Source: a virus. From it: a DNA stretch of 64,000 bases. Position 1 is the stretch's first letter. Every line of letters starts with the position of its first letter. The DNA lies in the IMG/VR virus record IMGVR_UViG_3300005264_000830, positions 65,405 through 129,404 of that record; one strand, given 5' to 3'. Below the pieces are notes generated by a model. The model was given only the letters and a program-made list of their open reading frames with translations. It searched no databases and was not told the DNA's origin. A program made the translations under genes and the position numbers. Below, one piece after another: positions 21,941 to 32,220 of the stretch.

Positions 21941-23806
21941 ATGACAGATAAAGTTTCTTATAGAATAGATTATACGAAAGTAGATTCTGATTTAGAAGAT
22001 TTTCCAGTAGATATATGGATAACCACTGATACAGTACCTGCATCTATGTTTAATTCTTTTTTTACTAATGATACTTTTGATCCTACAGAGTTTAAAGTAA
22101 TAAATCCAGAGACTGATGCAGAGTTGTATACTGAAATATCTTATTACGATTATAGTTCTAAAGAAATGATGTTACATGTAAAGGTTCCTGATGTATATTC
22201 AGATAAATATTCTTATGTGGATATTGTACCTACTATTACTGGTTCTAATATATATGTAAGTGAAACTGACACTTGGCAAGAAACTACAACTGTTTCTGGG
22301 GATGATTTTACTGGAGACGACATAGATTTTGATCACACACTGTGGTTTATGAGAAAAGCCTTTTACCGTGACGAAGACTACATTAGGATATATAATAATA
22401 AATTAAAATTTAATATAGAAAACACAACAGACGATCAAGGGATGTGGTTTTATTCTACTTTACGTTTCTTTGGTAATTTTGATGTACGAGTAGATTTTGA
22501 ATTTATTGGTGCAGGGTCTAGATGGGCACAGAGAATGGATATGTTTACTACAGAAATGAATGCCTATATAGGGAGATATAATATCTTTGCTGATGGGTAT
22601 TATAGATCCGAGATAACTGGAGAAACTTTGGTTCATGGGGGACCTAATGATAGTAGCGGTAAATTTAGAATAGCACGTGTAGGCACAACATTAACTACTT
22701 ATTATTGGGGAGGCTCTAGTTGGGTTAACTATGTAGAGTCAACTAGTTGTCCTTTGACGGAATTTAGGGTATTATTATCAGTAAATACATGGCATAACGC
22801 TACTAGTTTAGGCTCTACTTTCGATAATTTTACATTTACTGCGGATACTGTTAAATATCAACCTTCAAGCACAGTATGGGATGAGCACTATAAAGCTGTT
22901 TATCATATGTCACAAGACCCTTCTGCTGGAACTAATAGTATTTTAGACTCTACTTATAATGGATGGAACTCTTCTCCTTATGGTTCAATGACTTCATTAG
23001 ATGTGGTGGATGGATCAATCGGAAAAGCTTTGGATTTTGATGGTTTAGATGATTACATAGATATAGGTTATCCTTTATATATGGGAAACCCTGATTTACA
23101 CCAAACTATTGAGTTTGTTAGTAACAATGATGGTGTGATGGTGGGCACAGAGAGAACCTCATCTGCTACTGGAGATTCACAACTAAGTGTGGGTAGTAAT
23201 GGGACTTTAGTCTATAGAATAGATAATTCAACTAGTGCTCCACATACTGAGTGGATAACTTCTAGTGGTGGGGCTGACATTTCAGAATTCAATTATTATG
23301 CGTTGAGCGCAGTCGGTGTCAGTAATTCTTATGATATGATAGTAAACGACATAAAAGAGAATGTTGTTTATGATTTTGATGAAGGTAATGAAGAACATTC
23401 AAATGTTATGGTAGCAAGACATCGTAATTACACTTACAGTGATGTTTACTATGATATGCAAGTACAGGAAATACGTTTTTCAGATATTACACGTTCAGAT
23501 GCTTGGTTAAAGGCCTCCGGTCATTCTATTAAAGGTAGTTTAGTAGAGATTGTGTACCCTACAGTATGCGAAGGGACTGTTAGAGATGGAAGCGGAACAA
23601 CTCTATCTGGCACAGAGGTGAATTTACATAGACGTGTTGATGGTACTTTGGTAGGAAGAACAACTACTACCTCCTCTGGTACTTTTTCTGTAGGTTCTAT
23701 ATACGCAGAAGATCATTATATAGTAGCGTTACCTTTGGATGATTCTTTTAATGCACTTATTTATGATTATATTAATCCTACGTATAGTGGGGAGCTTAAT
23801 GTATAA
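21941..23806 (+). CDS. DUF2341-like + LamG structural protein, paralogous to the modules of the 3499-aa fibre
   Basis: KVDSDLEDFPV, LYTEI..YD...KEMMLHVKVP, VWDEHYKAVYHMSQDPS, GKALDFDG.DDYID and RS.AWLKAS motifs; start placed at ATG 21941. Confidence 0.7.
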   Translation: MTDKVSYRIDYTKVDSDLEDFPVDIWITTDTVPASMFNSFFTNDTFDPTEFKVINPETDAELYTEISYYDYSSKEMMLHVKVPDVYSDKYSYVDIVPTITGSNIYVSETDTWQETTTVSGDDFTGDDIDFDHTLWFMRKAFYRDEDYIRIYNNKLKFNIENTTDDQGMWFYSTLRFFGNFDVRVDFEFIGAGSRWAQRMDMFTTEMNAYIGRYNIFADGYYRSEITGETLVHGGPNDSSGKFRIARVGTTLTTYYWGGSSWVNYVESTSCPLTEFRVLLSVNTWHNATSLGSTFDNFTFTADTVKYQPSSTVWDEHYKAVYHMSQDPSAGTNSILDSTYNGWNSSPYGSMTSLDVVDGSIGKALDFDGLDDYIDIGYPLYMGNPDLHQTIEFVSNNDGVMVGTERTSSATGDSQLSVGSNGTLVYRIDNSTSAPHTEWITSSGGADISEFNYYALSAVGVSNSYDMIVNDIKENVVYDFDEGNEEHSNVMVARHRNYTYSDVYYDMQVQEIRFSDITRSDAWLKASGHSIKGSLVEIVYPTVCEGTVRDGSGTTLSGTEVNLHRRVDGTLVGRTTTTSSGTFSVGSIYAEDHYIVALPLDDSFNALIYDYINPTYSGELNV

Positions 23807-25973
23807 AGCAAGACCTCCAATTAATAATATACCGTTTAAATTTGGCTCTTCTGGGTATAGTCCGCCGGATTTTAATGCCGTAAATTTTTCTTTCCCTGCT
23901 AGGTTTAGTGATTTAAAGGCAGCTATTGTAGGCAGTAATTTACAAAGAGATTATCTAAAGCACTGCGAAACTTATGTATTAGGATATAATAGTAATAATG
24001 TACAAATATTAAGACATAGTTGCCTTTATGGAGGAATACGAGATTTACAAGTTAATTTAGATGTTATAGCTAATTTTTTTAATTTATCCGGATATATTAA
24101 ATCAACTTTATATGGATATATCGATTTAAATGAGTCTTTACGCGGTTGGGGGGAAGGTACTTTAGATTTACAGGGGGTGTTGAAGTCATGGAATCGAGAA
24201 GTGGTAAAGAATCTACCTGTTTATATGAAGCAAGGGGAAACTTCTCAATTAGATTTATCTAAATATGTAGATATATTTCAATCTTCATATACAGACCTGA
24301 ATAAATTAATTAAAGGGTGGTCAACAGGTAATATAAGAGATTTAGTTAATACTGTAAAACCATGGTATTCTGCTAATACAGATCTTTCTGAATATTTGAG
24401 GCCGACCACACAACAAACATCTGATTTAATTTTAGATATATTTAAAATCTGGCAAACTAAACAATATAATATCAATGCGATGTTGCACGGCTGGCAAGAG
24501 ATGCAGTTACAAAAGATTATACAGGTATTGCATACAAAAGATTTGCCGGCGAGTATAAGGGCAACTTATTTAAACAATTTAGGAGTGTGGTTATATGCAA
24601 TACAGCCTGTGGATATTTCTGCTAATTTAATGGCTTGGGCAGCTATGAATCTACCAGTATATATTGAAGATGGACCATATGCGGGAGACTTGCCTAAGTA
24701 TATCTATGGTATTGACTCTGTAGATCTTAGGGCTAGATTACTAGTTAGAAAAGCTTTTGAAGTGGCCAAAGATTTAAATTTTAGATTGACAAATTTACAA
24801 GAAAGAAATTTATCTATACATTTAAATACAATTCAATATACTGATTTAAATATATATTTACTTTCTTCAAGACAGTTAGTGGATCTACAAGTTAAAATAT
24901 ATCCAAAAATAGTTCATATTAAACATCGTATTAATATAGATTTTTTAGAACATAGGGATCTAGCAGCGGTAATAAATTTTTCTTGTTTTAGTTCGATGTT
25001 TCGTAATTTAGCTTTTACTATAGATGTAAAACAAAGTAAGGATTTATCTATGTATATCTACGGAACTGATGAAGCGAATATAAGTAATTTAAGATTTAGT
25101 ATCAACACTTCTGATTATATGACACAGAATACGGTTGTATCACAATATTTAAATATAAAAAGTCCTACGTCATACACTACCTTAAAATATAAAAAGAAAT
25201 CCACTGTGTGTACTATTAATACTATTTCTGTACTTAGTGCTAATATAGGTAGAAGTTATCTTGATTTATCTTTAAATATAGATGGCCAGTATATACATAA
25301 AGATCTAGGTATTATTATTCGACCATATATAAACAGGCATTATGAATCTCCTTCTGTTTTGCAAAAATTCATTATATTGAAATTAAAAAATAATCAAGAA
25401 GATTTTAGACGTTATGTGGAACTAACTTTTAATAGTTATGTAAACACTTATTATTATTTTTCTGGAAATCGGAAAGTGTATAGGATGTATAGAGATGACC
25501 ATTGGGTGGTACAAGTAGAAGGAAGTAAGTTGTTACCTGTAGGGCAAGGCTTTGAAAAAACAAAAGTACGAAGAAAATATATTTTTAATTTGAAAAATTA
25601 TACTTCTATTGATGAAGCAATACGAGACATGGTAGACAGGGTTACTCAACTTAAGAGTGTCGATTTATCAGCTTATATAGTCGGTGTTAATGATAGATTA
25701 AAAAACTTACCTATAAATATATTTGCGAGAAGAGTTTATAAATCTAATAGGATATTATCAGCGCTGATAAAAGGTGGAACCACGCAATATAGAACCTTAT
25801 CTTCGCGAATTAATGCTGTATTGACCACCGCTACTTATAATCTATCTTCTACTATTATAGCAGTTAGTTATAAAAGTACCGTAGGTCGAGCAGATTTTAA
25901 TTTTATAGGTACAGGGGATGTAATGCCGCCAGCCGAGGATGCAGATTTTATTTTTAAATTGGAGAATGATTAA
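23799..25973 (+). CDS. Virion structural protein with periodic xDL/NL repeats
   Basis: SD GGAG before ATG 23799 (MYKARPP); DL/NL recurs at roughly regular spacing; proline/aromatic peptides at both termini. Confidence 0.55.
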   Translation: MYKARPPINNIPFKFGSSGYSPPDFNAVNFSFPARFSDLKAAIVGSNLQRDYLKHCETYVLGYNSNNVQILRHSCLYGGIRDLQVNLDVIANFFNLSGYIKSTLYGYIDLNESLRGWGEGTLDLQGVLKSWNREVVKNLPVYMKQGETSQLDLSKYVDIFQSSYTDLNKLIKGWSTGNIRDLVNTVKPWYSANTDLSEYLRPTTQQTSDLILDIFKIWQTKQYNINAMLHGWQEMQLQKIIQVLHTKDLPASIRATYLNNLGVWLYAIQPVDISANLMAWAAMNLPVYIEDGPYAGDLPKYIYGIDSVDLRARLLVRKAFEVAKDLNFRLTNLQERNLSIHLNTIQYTDLNIYLLSSRQLVDLQVKIYPKIVHIKHRINIDFLEHRDLAAVINFSCFSSMFRNLAFTIDVKQSKDLSMYIYGTDEANISNLRFSINTSDYMTQNTVVSQYLNIKSPTSYTTLKYKKKSTVCTINTISVLSANIGRSYLDLSLNIDGQYIHKDLGIIIRPYINRHYESPSVLQKFIILKLKNNQEDFRRYVELTFNSYVNTYYYFSGNRKVYRMYRDDHWVVQVEGSKLLPVGQGFEKTKVRRKYIFNLKNYTSIDEAIRDMVDRVTQLKSVDLSAYIVGVNDRLKNLPINIFARRVYKSNRILSALIKGGTTQYRTLSSRINAVLTTATYNLSSTIIAVSYKSTVGRADFNFIGTGDVMPPAEDADFIFKLEND

Positions 25974-27466
25974 TGGAAATATTGAGAGTAGGAAAAATAC
26001 GGAAATACACTACTATTATGTCAGCAGTTGATGCAGCTTCTGTAGGAGATGTAGTATTAATCGATGAAGGGATATATACAGAGAGTATCAAAATAACTAA
26101 AGCAATACATATAGTCGGAAATACTTTGTACCCTGGAAAAGGGCAAGTAATTTTAGCAGGGTTTGATGATGCGAGTAACGGCTGGGATACTACATTATAT
26201 TTTCAAAATATATCAGGCTCATATACTATGTATTTTGAAAATATACACATTAGTCCAATGAATTGGCCGGTAGGTGATATAGATGAGTGTTTTTTTATCG
26301 TAAACTCATGGGATATTGATTTTGTATTTAACAGGTGTATCTTTGATAGTGGCCGCAATAATGTATTTTTGTTCAAAGGGTACAATTCCTCGGTAAACTC
26401 AATAACTATGAATAATTGTAGAGGTATATTTAAAGAGGTTATAGATTACCCCTCATCAGGACCGCAGCACTTTAATAATGGTTTGAGATACGTTCTTCAA
26501 TATTTTAATAAATGTATATTTAATACTCAAATAGATTTTTCTCATCAATATGTTCCTGTGCCAAGTGTTAGCGACTATGTAATTGACAGAGATCAATATG
26601 GGTATGGACCTCATTATGGCACAAACGCAAATTTGTTCAATTTATACTATTTTAAAGGAACAGTTACTTCTGAAGTTCCTTCTTCTACTCTTGTAGATAA
26701 TGTTGTATTAGATAAGTTTATAAAGCTACCAGAGATTGTCGTTTCTAATAATGATTTAACTGCCACGGTGTCTAAGAATAATGCCTACGTTGATTATGCT
26801 GTAAGAACTACTGTTGGAAGATCTGATGGTAAATGGTATTGGGAAGTTATTATGAATAGTGTATATCAATATAGTAAGGATAGATGTGGTATAAGTTTAG
26901 TCACAGCCTCTATCAATCAATCTATAGGAGATACTGTATATAGTTGGGGGTTTGCCCCTACGACTGGAAAATTCTATTATAATGGGGTTTGTATAAGCAC
27001 TGTAGACCCATGTTTTCCTGGAGATATTATAGGAATCGCTTTAGATATGTTTAATGGTAATGTGTGGTTTTCAAAAAATGGAACTTGGATGTTAAATGGA
27101 GATCCTAGTTTGGGAGTCAATCCGGTATTTACAGATATAAAAGGGGTAGTTTATCCTTCTATTTCATTATATAGTAATGAATTTTATGATTCTTCGGCAG
27201 ATATAGTATTTGCCATACCTGATTTAACTTATACTATTCCGACTGGGTTTAATTTCTATGGCACAAGTACGATTTGGAGAGTTAAATGTATAAGTGCAGT
27301 AACAAATGAAGTGTTAGGTAGTACACTTTCTGATGCTTTAACTCAAGAGTATTTTTTAGAAACAACATATAGTGGGGAACACTTTGTTATATGTGAGGAC
27401 GTAACTGAGGTGCCTGAGTATAATGATCTAATCTTAGGAAGAATGATTCCAAAGGAGTTAATTTAG
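25973..27466 (+). CDS. Putative receptor-binding protein: N-terminal beta-helix-like domain, SPRY domain, adaptor-like C-terminus
   Basis: YTTIMSAVDAASVGDVVLIDEGIYTE is a beta-helix cap; GKWYWEV, GDIIGIALD, WFSKNG and VYPSISL are SPRY motifs. Confidence 0.7.
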   Translation: MEILRVGKIRKYTTIMSAVDAASVGDVVLIDEGIYTESIKITKAIHIVGNTLYPGKGQVILAGFDDASNGWDTTLYFQNISGSYTMYFENIHISPMNWPVGDIDECFFIVNSWDIDFVFNRCIFDSGRNNVFLFKGYNSSVNSITMNNCRGIFKEVIDYPSSGPQHFNNGLRYVLQYFNKCIFNTQIDFSHQYVPVPSVSDYVIDRDQYGYGPHYGTNANLFNLYYFKGTVTSEVPSSTLVDNVVLDKFIKLPEIVVSNNDLTATVSKNNAYVDYAVRTTVGRSDGKWYWEVIMNSVYQYSKDRCGISLVTASINQSIGDTVYSWGFAPTTGKFYYNGVCISTVDPCFPGDIIGIALDMFNGNVWFSKNGTWMLNGDPSLGVNPVFTDIKGVVYPSISLYSNEFYDSSADIVFAIPDLTYTIPTGFNFYGTSTIWRVKCISAVTNEVLGSTLSDALTQEYFLETTYSGEHFVICEDVTEVPEYNDLILGRMIPKELI

Positions 27467-28897
27467 ATGGCAGTATTTAGAGTTGGGCCAACCAGAGCAA
27501 TTTCTTCAATAATGGAAGCTTACTATATAGTAGATAATGGGGATACGTTATTTATAGATGAAGGAGAGTACCCAGAACTGCTTCATTTTGAAAATAAAGT
27601 AGTCAATCTGATAGGAAATACTAATTTTCCGGAAGAAGGTAGGATTTTAATTAATCCCTTGTCTCGTTCATCTTTAGGCTCAGTTAAGTACGATGTTCCA
27701 TTAAAAATAAAGTACCCTGCAGCTAATCCGGCAATAACTATGCTTGTAGAAGGAATAAAATTTATAGGGGATCCTGATACTTGGACATATTCTCTTGTTT
27801 ATTTTTCTGATAATGAGCCTGGAGATTTATCTCTATTAAATTTAATATTTAATAGATGTATATTAGATGCAGAAATCAACGGGGTTAGATATCGTGTAAT
27901 AGAGTATGCTAATAGTAGTAATAGATCAGTTAATAGTATCACATTTAAAAATTGTGATATATTATGGAGATCTAATGATGCTTTTGGAGCTGCAGATTGG
28001 CCAGCAATACCTACTAAAGTATTTAATAAATCAGTAGTAAATAGGACGCCTGAAACTTCTTTTAATGTAAAAGATTATATTTATACATATCAAGAAGAGA
28101 ATGTAGTAGGTTATGGACCAAAATATGGAAAAACAATGGTAGAAAATCTCCCAAAACAATATTGTATCTCAGGGACAGTTTCAGTGAACGATGTTCCATC
28201 ATCAAGAGAGATACGTATTTTTAATCATAGTAGCGATGCTTATATAGGTTCTACTGTTTCAAGCGGCACTACTGGTGAATACTATTTTGGTATGCCCTTC
28301 GGTGGTCTACATTATCTTATATGTCTTGATGATGTAGCAAACCCAAACTACAATGATTTAATAATGTCAAAAATCTCACCTGAAAACTTATCTGAATATA
28401 TCTTTACACCTCTTACAGTGGTTAATCCAGGAGCAGAAACAGGTGATATGACAGGTTGGACTTCTGAACTTGGAGGTATAGAGATTAGGCAAAGTGGCTA
28501 TGAATCATCAAATTATTTTAGTGGTGGTAACTACGCTGAATCAATAGTGTCGCAAAGAATTGATTTAATAGCTCAAGGAATAGATACTGACATAATAGAT
28601 ACTGCCTCAGATGCTTATGTTTTTTATTTATCTGCCATGACTAAAGTACATAATCAGAGTCCTACTGATCAGTGTTTTTTAGGTTTGAGATATTTGGATG
28701 CTTCTCAGACGATAATAGACACAGATATGTATTCGCCAGCTTTTAATAGTATTACGTGGCAAAGTCGAGGTATTATGCAGACTGTTGTTTCTGGTACTAG
28801 ATATGTAGATATATTAATGAAAGGGTTTCGTAGAACAGGTACTTATTGTAATTCTGATTTTGACAATTTAAAATTAGGGTTATTATATTTACAATAA
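27467..28897 (+). CDS. Paralog of 25973..27466 with a C-terminal galactose-binding-like (NPGAETGD.TGW) domain in place of SPRY
   Basis: Shared GD...IDEG.Y.E, GNT..P..G, FNRCI.D and GYGP.YG motifs. Confidence 0.65.
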   Translation: MAVFRVGPTRAISSIMEAYYIVDNGDTLFIDEGEYPELLHFENKVVNLIGNTNFPEEGRILINPLSRSSLGSVKYDVPLKIKYPAANPAITMLVEGIKFIGDPDTWTYSLVYFSDNEPGDLSLLNLIFNRCILDAEINGVRYRVIEYANSSNRSVNSITFKNCDILWRSNDAFGAADWPAIPTKVFNKSVVNRTPETSFNVKDYIYTYQEENVVGYGPKYGKTMVENLPKQYCISGTVSVNDVPSSREIRIFNHSSDAYIGSTVSSGTTGEYYFGMPFGGLHYLICLDDVANPNYNDLIMSKISPENLSEYIFTPLTVVNPGAETGDMTGWTSELGGIEIRQSGYESSNYFSGGNYAESIVSQRIDLIAQGIDTDIIDTASDAYVFYLSAMTKVHNQSPTDQCFLGLRYLDASQTIIDTDMYSPAFNSITWQSRGIMQTVVSGTRYVDILMKGFRRTGTYCNSDFDNLKLGLLYLQ

Positions 28898-28901
28898 TCT
28901 A

Positions 28902-28929
28902 TTGACAAACTTAATACTTGTATTATATT
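28902..28929 (+). promoter_or_regulatory. Sigma70-like promoter TTGACA-N16-TATATT
   Basis: Intergenic, upstream of the replication block; same motif recurs at four other gene-block starts. Confidence 0.65.
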
Positions 28930-28981
28930 ACTCTCATTATGTTTTTATTGAACAGAAAGAAAAATAAATTTAAAATGCCTA

Positions 28982-29010
28982 TTGACAAACGATAAAACTA
29001 TGCTTATATT
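28982..29010 (+). promoter_or_regulatory. Sigma70-like promoter TTGACA-N17-TATATT
   Basis: Tandem with 28902; about 80 bp upstream of the clamp gene. Confidence 0.7.
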
Positions 29011-29089
29011 ATATTATGTAAGTAATAAACTAACCTATATATAAGTAGAATACAGATAAATTTATTAATAATTAAACAAAGAGGTACAA

Positions 29090-30214
29090 ATGGAATTTTT
29101 TATCAAAACTGACGCCGTTCAGCGTGCCGTCAAGCTGTTGAGTGTTACAGCCAAAGTAAACACTCTTTCGTTCGAAGGTCAAATTTTAATTAAAACACTA
29201 GATGATAAGGTATTGTTTTTGTCTAATAATGGAAAGTCAGGAATTTCTTGTGAGATTCCAGCAAAGATAATAACTTCTGGAGAAACTACTGTAACATACA
29301 GTAAAATGAAGTCTTTTATTATGACGTTCTCTCCTTGGGATGGAGAAACAGGTTCAAAAGATTTTCAGTTTGTAACTAAATCTCCAAGACTACATATTAA
29401 TGTAATAACTTCACTAGAGAGTGGATTAGAGACTAGTAGTAGTTTAAAATTAGATCAAATTAAGTCTTCTGCTTTTGTTTCTCAAGTGAAACTTACAGAG
29501 CCAAATCTTATTATCAATTCAAGTCTTTTAAAATCAGCAATAGATAAAGCAATATATGCAATAGATCCTAGTAGTGGTATTGACTACGTCAAGGGTTTAA
29601 GAATGCTAGTTGAAGGAGAAACTATTAGATTTACTTCAACTAACGCAAGGGTTTTATCCGACTATGCTGTATCTGGTAATAATAAACTTAAAGATGGTGA
29701 CTATTTTCTTTCTTATGAATTCCTTATGGGACTTAGGAGAGTATTAATAGACGATACTCAGTTATTTTTTGAAATAACTAATAAGAAAACTATTTTGTCT
29801 ATTGATGATGTCATTTTCTGGTCTACAACACTATCTTATAAGGATTACCCAGAGTACATGGGCATATTTTCTAATTTTGATAAGACTGTGGAAGTAGATA
29901 GGGAAACTCTACTTAATGGTATTACTTCATTTGCTGATGTTTTAAATTCTGAAGATTATAATCGAGTAACAATATCCTTAAAAGACAATACTCTTTCTTT
30001 AATTGCCGATGATGCTTTATTTGAATACCCAGGAATATTGAGTAACGATGAGTTCTCGTTAGATGTTGATGGAGTAGACTTAAAAAATACTTTATTTTCT
30101 CTTGGAGATGATACGTTAAAACTTAAATGTATTGATGCAAATCATGGTATAATACTTGAATCTTCTGGTTTTGAAGATCATAAAGCCTATGTTGTTAATC
30201 TAAAAGTAAGATAG
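29090..30214 (+). CDS. dnaN: DNA polymerase sliding clamp (beta subunit-like)
   Basis: 374 aa; LKSAIDKAIYAI, V.GL, TSTNARVLS and DYPEY motifs follow the beta-clamp layout; SD GAGG. Confidence 0.75.
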   Translation: MEFFIKTDAVQRAVKLLSVTAKVNTLSFEGQILIKTLDDKVLFLSNNGKSGISCEIPAKIITSGETTVTYSKMKSFIMTFSPWDGETGSKDFQFVTKSPRLHINVITSLESGLETSSSLKLDQIKSSAFVSQVKLTEPNLIINSSLLKSAIDKAIYAIDPSSGIDYVKGLRMLVEGETIRFTSTNARVLSDYAVSGNNKLKDGDYFLSYEFLMGLRRVLIDDTQLFFEITNKKTILSIDDVIFWSTTLSYKDYPEYMGIFSNFDKTVEVDRETLLNGITSFADVLNSEDYNRVTISLKDNTLSLIADDALFEYPGILSNDEFSLDVDGVDLKNTLFSLGDDTLKLKCIDANHGIILESSGFEDHKAYVVNLKVR

Positions 30215-30223
30215 TATATATAT

Positions 30224-30853
30224 ATGTTTAAAGAAGATAAATATATTAAAGAATTAAATAATGCGTTAGTAAGTTTAAAAGATGACAATTCTTTGATTTC
30301 TGATAGAATAAAGTATGATAACTTATTAACTGCGTGTATATCTATTATAAAACACAATAATTACGCTGTTATTATGCGCCCTAAGGGAGCAAAAAATACT
30401 AAAGTAGCTAAAGATTTGGTGGCTTTGTACTACCATTTAGCACAGTTCCATTTAGGACAAATTACTTTATATAGAAATGATAAAGTTGACTTTCCTATTG
30501 CAAAACGTTTAGTAGAAAAAATGCAATTTAGTACTAAATTAGAGTATAAAGACGCTATTTCAAAGTGTGTACAGATAATAGAGGGGCTATTTAAGTATCG
30601 AAAAGAGTTAAATCTGCATCCTAAGACATTCACTTCATTTAGTTTGTTTGGTCAAGATAAATTAGGATGGATAACAGAACGTATTTTATCTCTAATTAAT
30701 GACGAACTATATGATGATAGTGAGTGGATTACTCGTATAGACGCAGCAGCTGAATTATATGCTGAAAAAAATAATATTGAATTTGGGTTTCCAGATTTAG
30801 AAAAACTCGCTAATGAGATAAGGAAAAAAAATGAAAAAAAAGAAAATAGTTAA
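30224..30853 (+). CDS. Hypothetical protein
   Basis: 209-aa ORF in operon context. Confidence 0.6.
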   Translation: MFKEDKYIKELNNALVSLKDDNSLISDRIKYDNLLTACISIIKHNNYAVIMRPKGAKNTKVAKDLVALYYHLAQFHLGQITLYRNDKVDFPIAKRLVEKMQFSTKLEYKDAISKCVQIIEGLFKYRKELNLHPKTFTSFSLFGQDKLGWITERILSLINDELYDDSEWITRIDAAAELYAEKNNIEFGFPDLEKLANEIRKKNEKKENS

Positions 30854-31895
30854 AAAAGAAAAATCTGCAGAAGAAAAAGCAGCCGCATTAGTATTTACTA
30901 ATATAAAGAAAAAATACGGTAGCGTAATGACCCCTCTTTCTGAGGCAGCAAGTAAAATCAAAACAATAAGTACAGGGTCTTTAAGTTTAGACCTCGCATT
31001 GGGCCGTGGAGGAATGGCCCTAGGAAGAGTTTATGAGGTATTTGGTCCTAATAGTAGTGGTAAAAGTACCTTAGGGGTACATGTTGTAATACAAGCCCAA
31101 AGAAGGGGGCTAAAGTGCGCCTATCTTGATGCTGAACAAGCGGTTGACCCAAAACTTTTTGAGAATTACGGTGTAGAGTCTTCAAAATTAGACTTCGTTC
31201 AAGCTTATGGGGGAGAACCAAATCTAGATATTTTAGAACAGCTTGTAAGGACAGGCCAATACTCAGTTATAGTTATTGACAGCGTTAGTGCATTGATTCC
31301 TATGGTTGAAGCTAAAGCAGATATAGATAAAGATCATATAGCATTGCAAGCTAGACTTATGTCTAAAGCACTTAGAAAAATTACTCCATTAGCTGCAGCA
31401 AACGATACTTTATTGATTTTTGTAAATCAACTTCGTATGAAAGTTGGGGGCTATGGTAATCCAGAAACTACTACTGGTGGAGAATCATTAGGGTTTTGGT
31501 CTACTGGCCGTATAAGTATTAGAGGTCCAGAGGCTAAAGTAAGAAGATTGACAGATCTAGCTGGAGAAGTTTATGGACATATAGCAGCCCATGAAGTAAC
31601 AAAAAATAAATTAGGAGAACCTTTTAAAAAAGCTAATCTTAATTTGATATATAATAAAGGGTATGATTTTTATAGTGAAATTTTAGAGATGGCGGTTAGT
31701 CTGGACATTATTGAGCAAGCAGGATCATGGTTTAAATATAACAATAAGAATTTAGCACAAGGGCAGATAAATACTTTAGAGGTTTTAAATACTGATGAAA
31801 AATTATTTAATGAGATTAGAACCAAAGTTATACAGACTGTAGGATTGGAGGAAGCTTATGAGTTACATAGCAACCCAGGTCCAAAATATTCTTGA
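30831..31895 (+). CDS. recA: Recombinase RecA
   Basis: ISTGSLSLDLALG, Walker A GPNSSGKST, LDAE, IVIDSVSAL, QARLMSKALRK, NQLRMK, TTTGG and KNK motifs. Confidence 0.95.
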   Translation: MKKKKIVKKEKSAEEKAAALVFTNIKKKYGSVMTPLSEAASKIKTISTGSLSLDLALGRGGMALGRVYEVFGPNSSGKSTLGVHVVIQAQRRGLKCAYLDAEQAVDPKLFENYGVESSKLDFVQAYGGEPNLDILEQLVRTGQYSVIVIDSVSALIPMVEAKADIDKDHIALQARLMSKALRKITPLAAANDTLLIFVNQLRMKVGGYGNPETTTGGESLGFWSTGRISIRGPEAKVRRLTDLAGEVYGHIAAHEVTKNKLGEPFKKANLNLIYNKGYDFYSEILEMAVSLDIIEQAGSWFKYNNKNLAQGQINTLEVLNTDEKLFNEIRTKVIQTVGLEEAYELHSNPGPKYS

Positions 31896-32220
31896 AGAAT
31901 TATTTCCAACAAATCCATTTAAACAAATTTTTTGTGAATACTATATAAATTATAAAGGACAAAAATTATTTTTTGATTTCCATATAAAAAAGTTAAATGT
32001 AGTAATAGAAGTACAAGGGCAACAACATACTAAATTTGTTAAACATTTTCATGGTACTAGAAAGAATTTTTTAAAACAAAGAGAGCGTGATAATTTAAAA
32101 AGAATTTGGGCGGAAGAAAACGATGTAAGCTTAGTACGGTTTAATTATGACGAAAAATTAACAAAGAAATTGGTATTATATAAAATAGATAAAGCAATGA
32201 AGGACGGTTTCTATGAGTAA
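31858..32220 (+). CDS. Small PD-(D/E)xK endonuclease, DUF559/Vsr-like
   Basis: FFDFH...VVIEVQGQQH...RDNLK...LVR pattern. Confidence 0.7.
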   Translation: MSYIATQVQNILEELFPTNPFKQIFCEYYINYKGQKLFFDFHIKKLNVVIEVQGQQHTKFVKHFHGTRKNFLKQRERDNLKRIWAEENDVSLVRFNYDEKLTKKLVLYKIDKAMKDGFYE

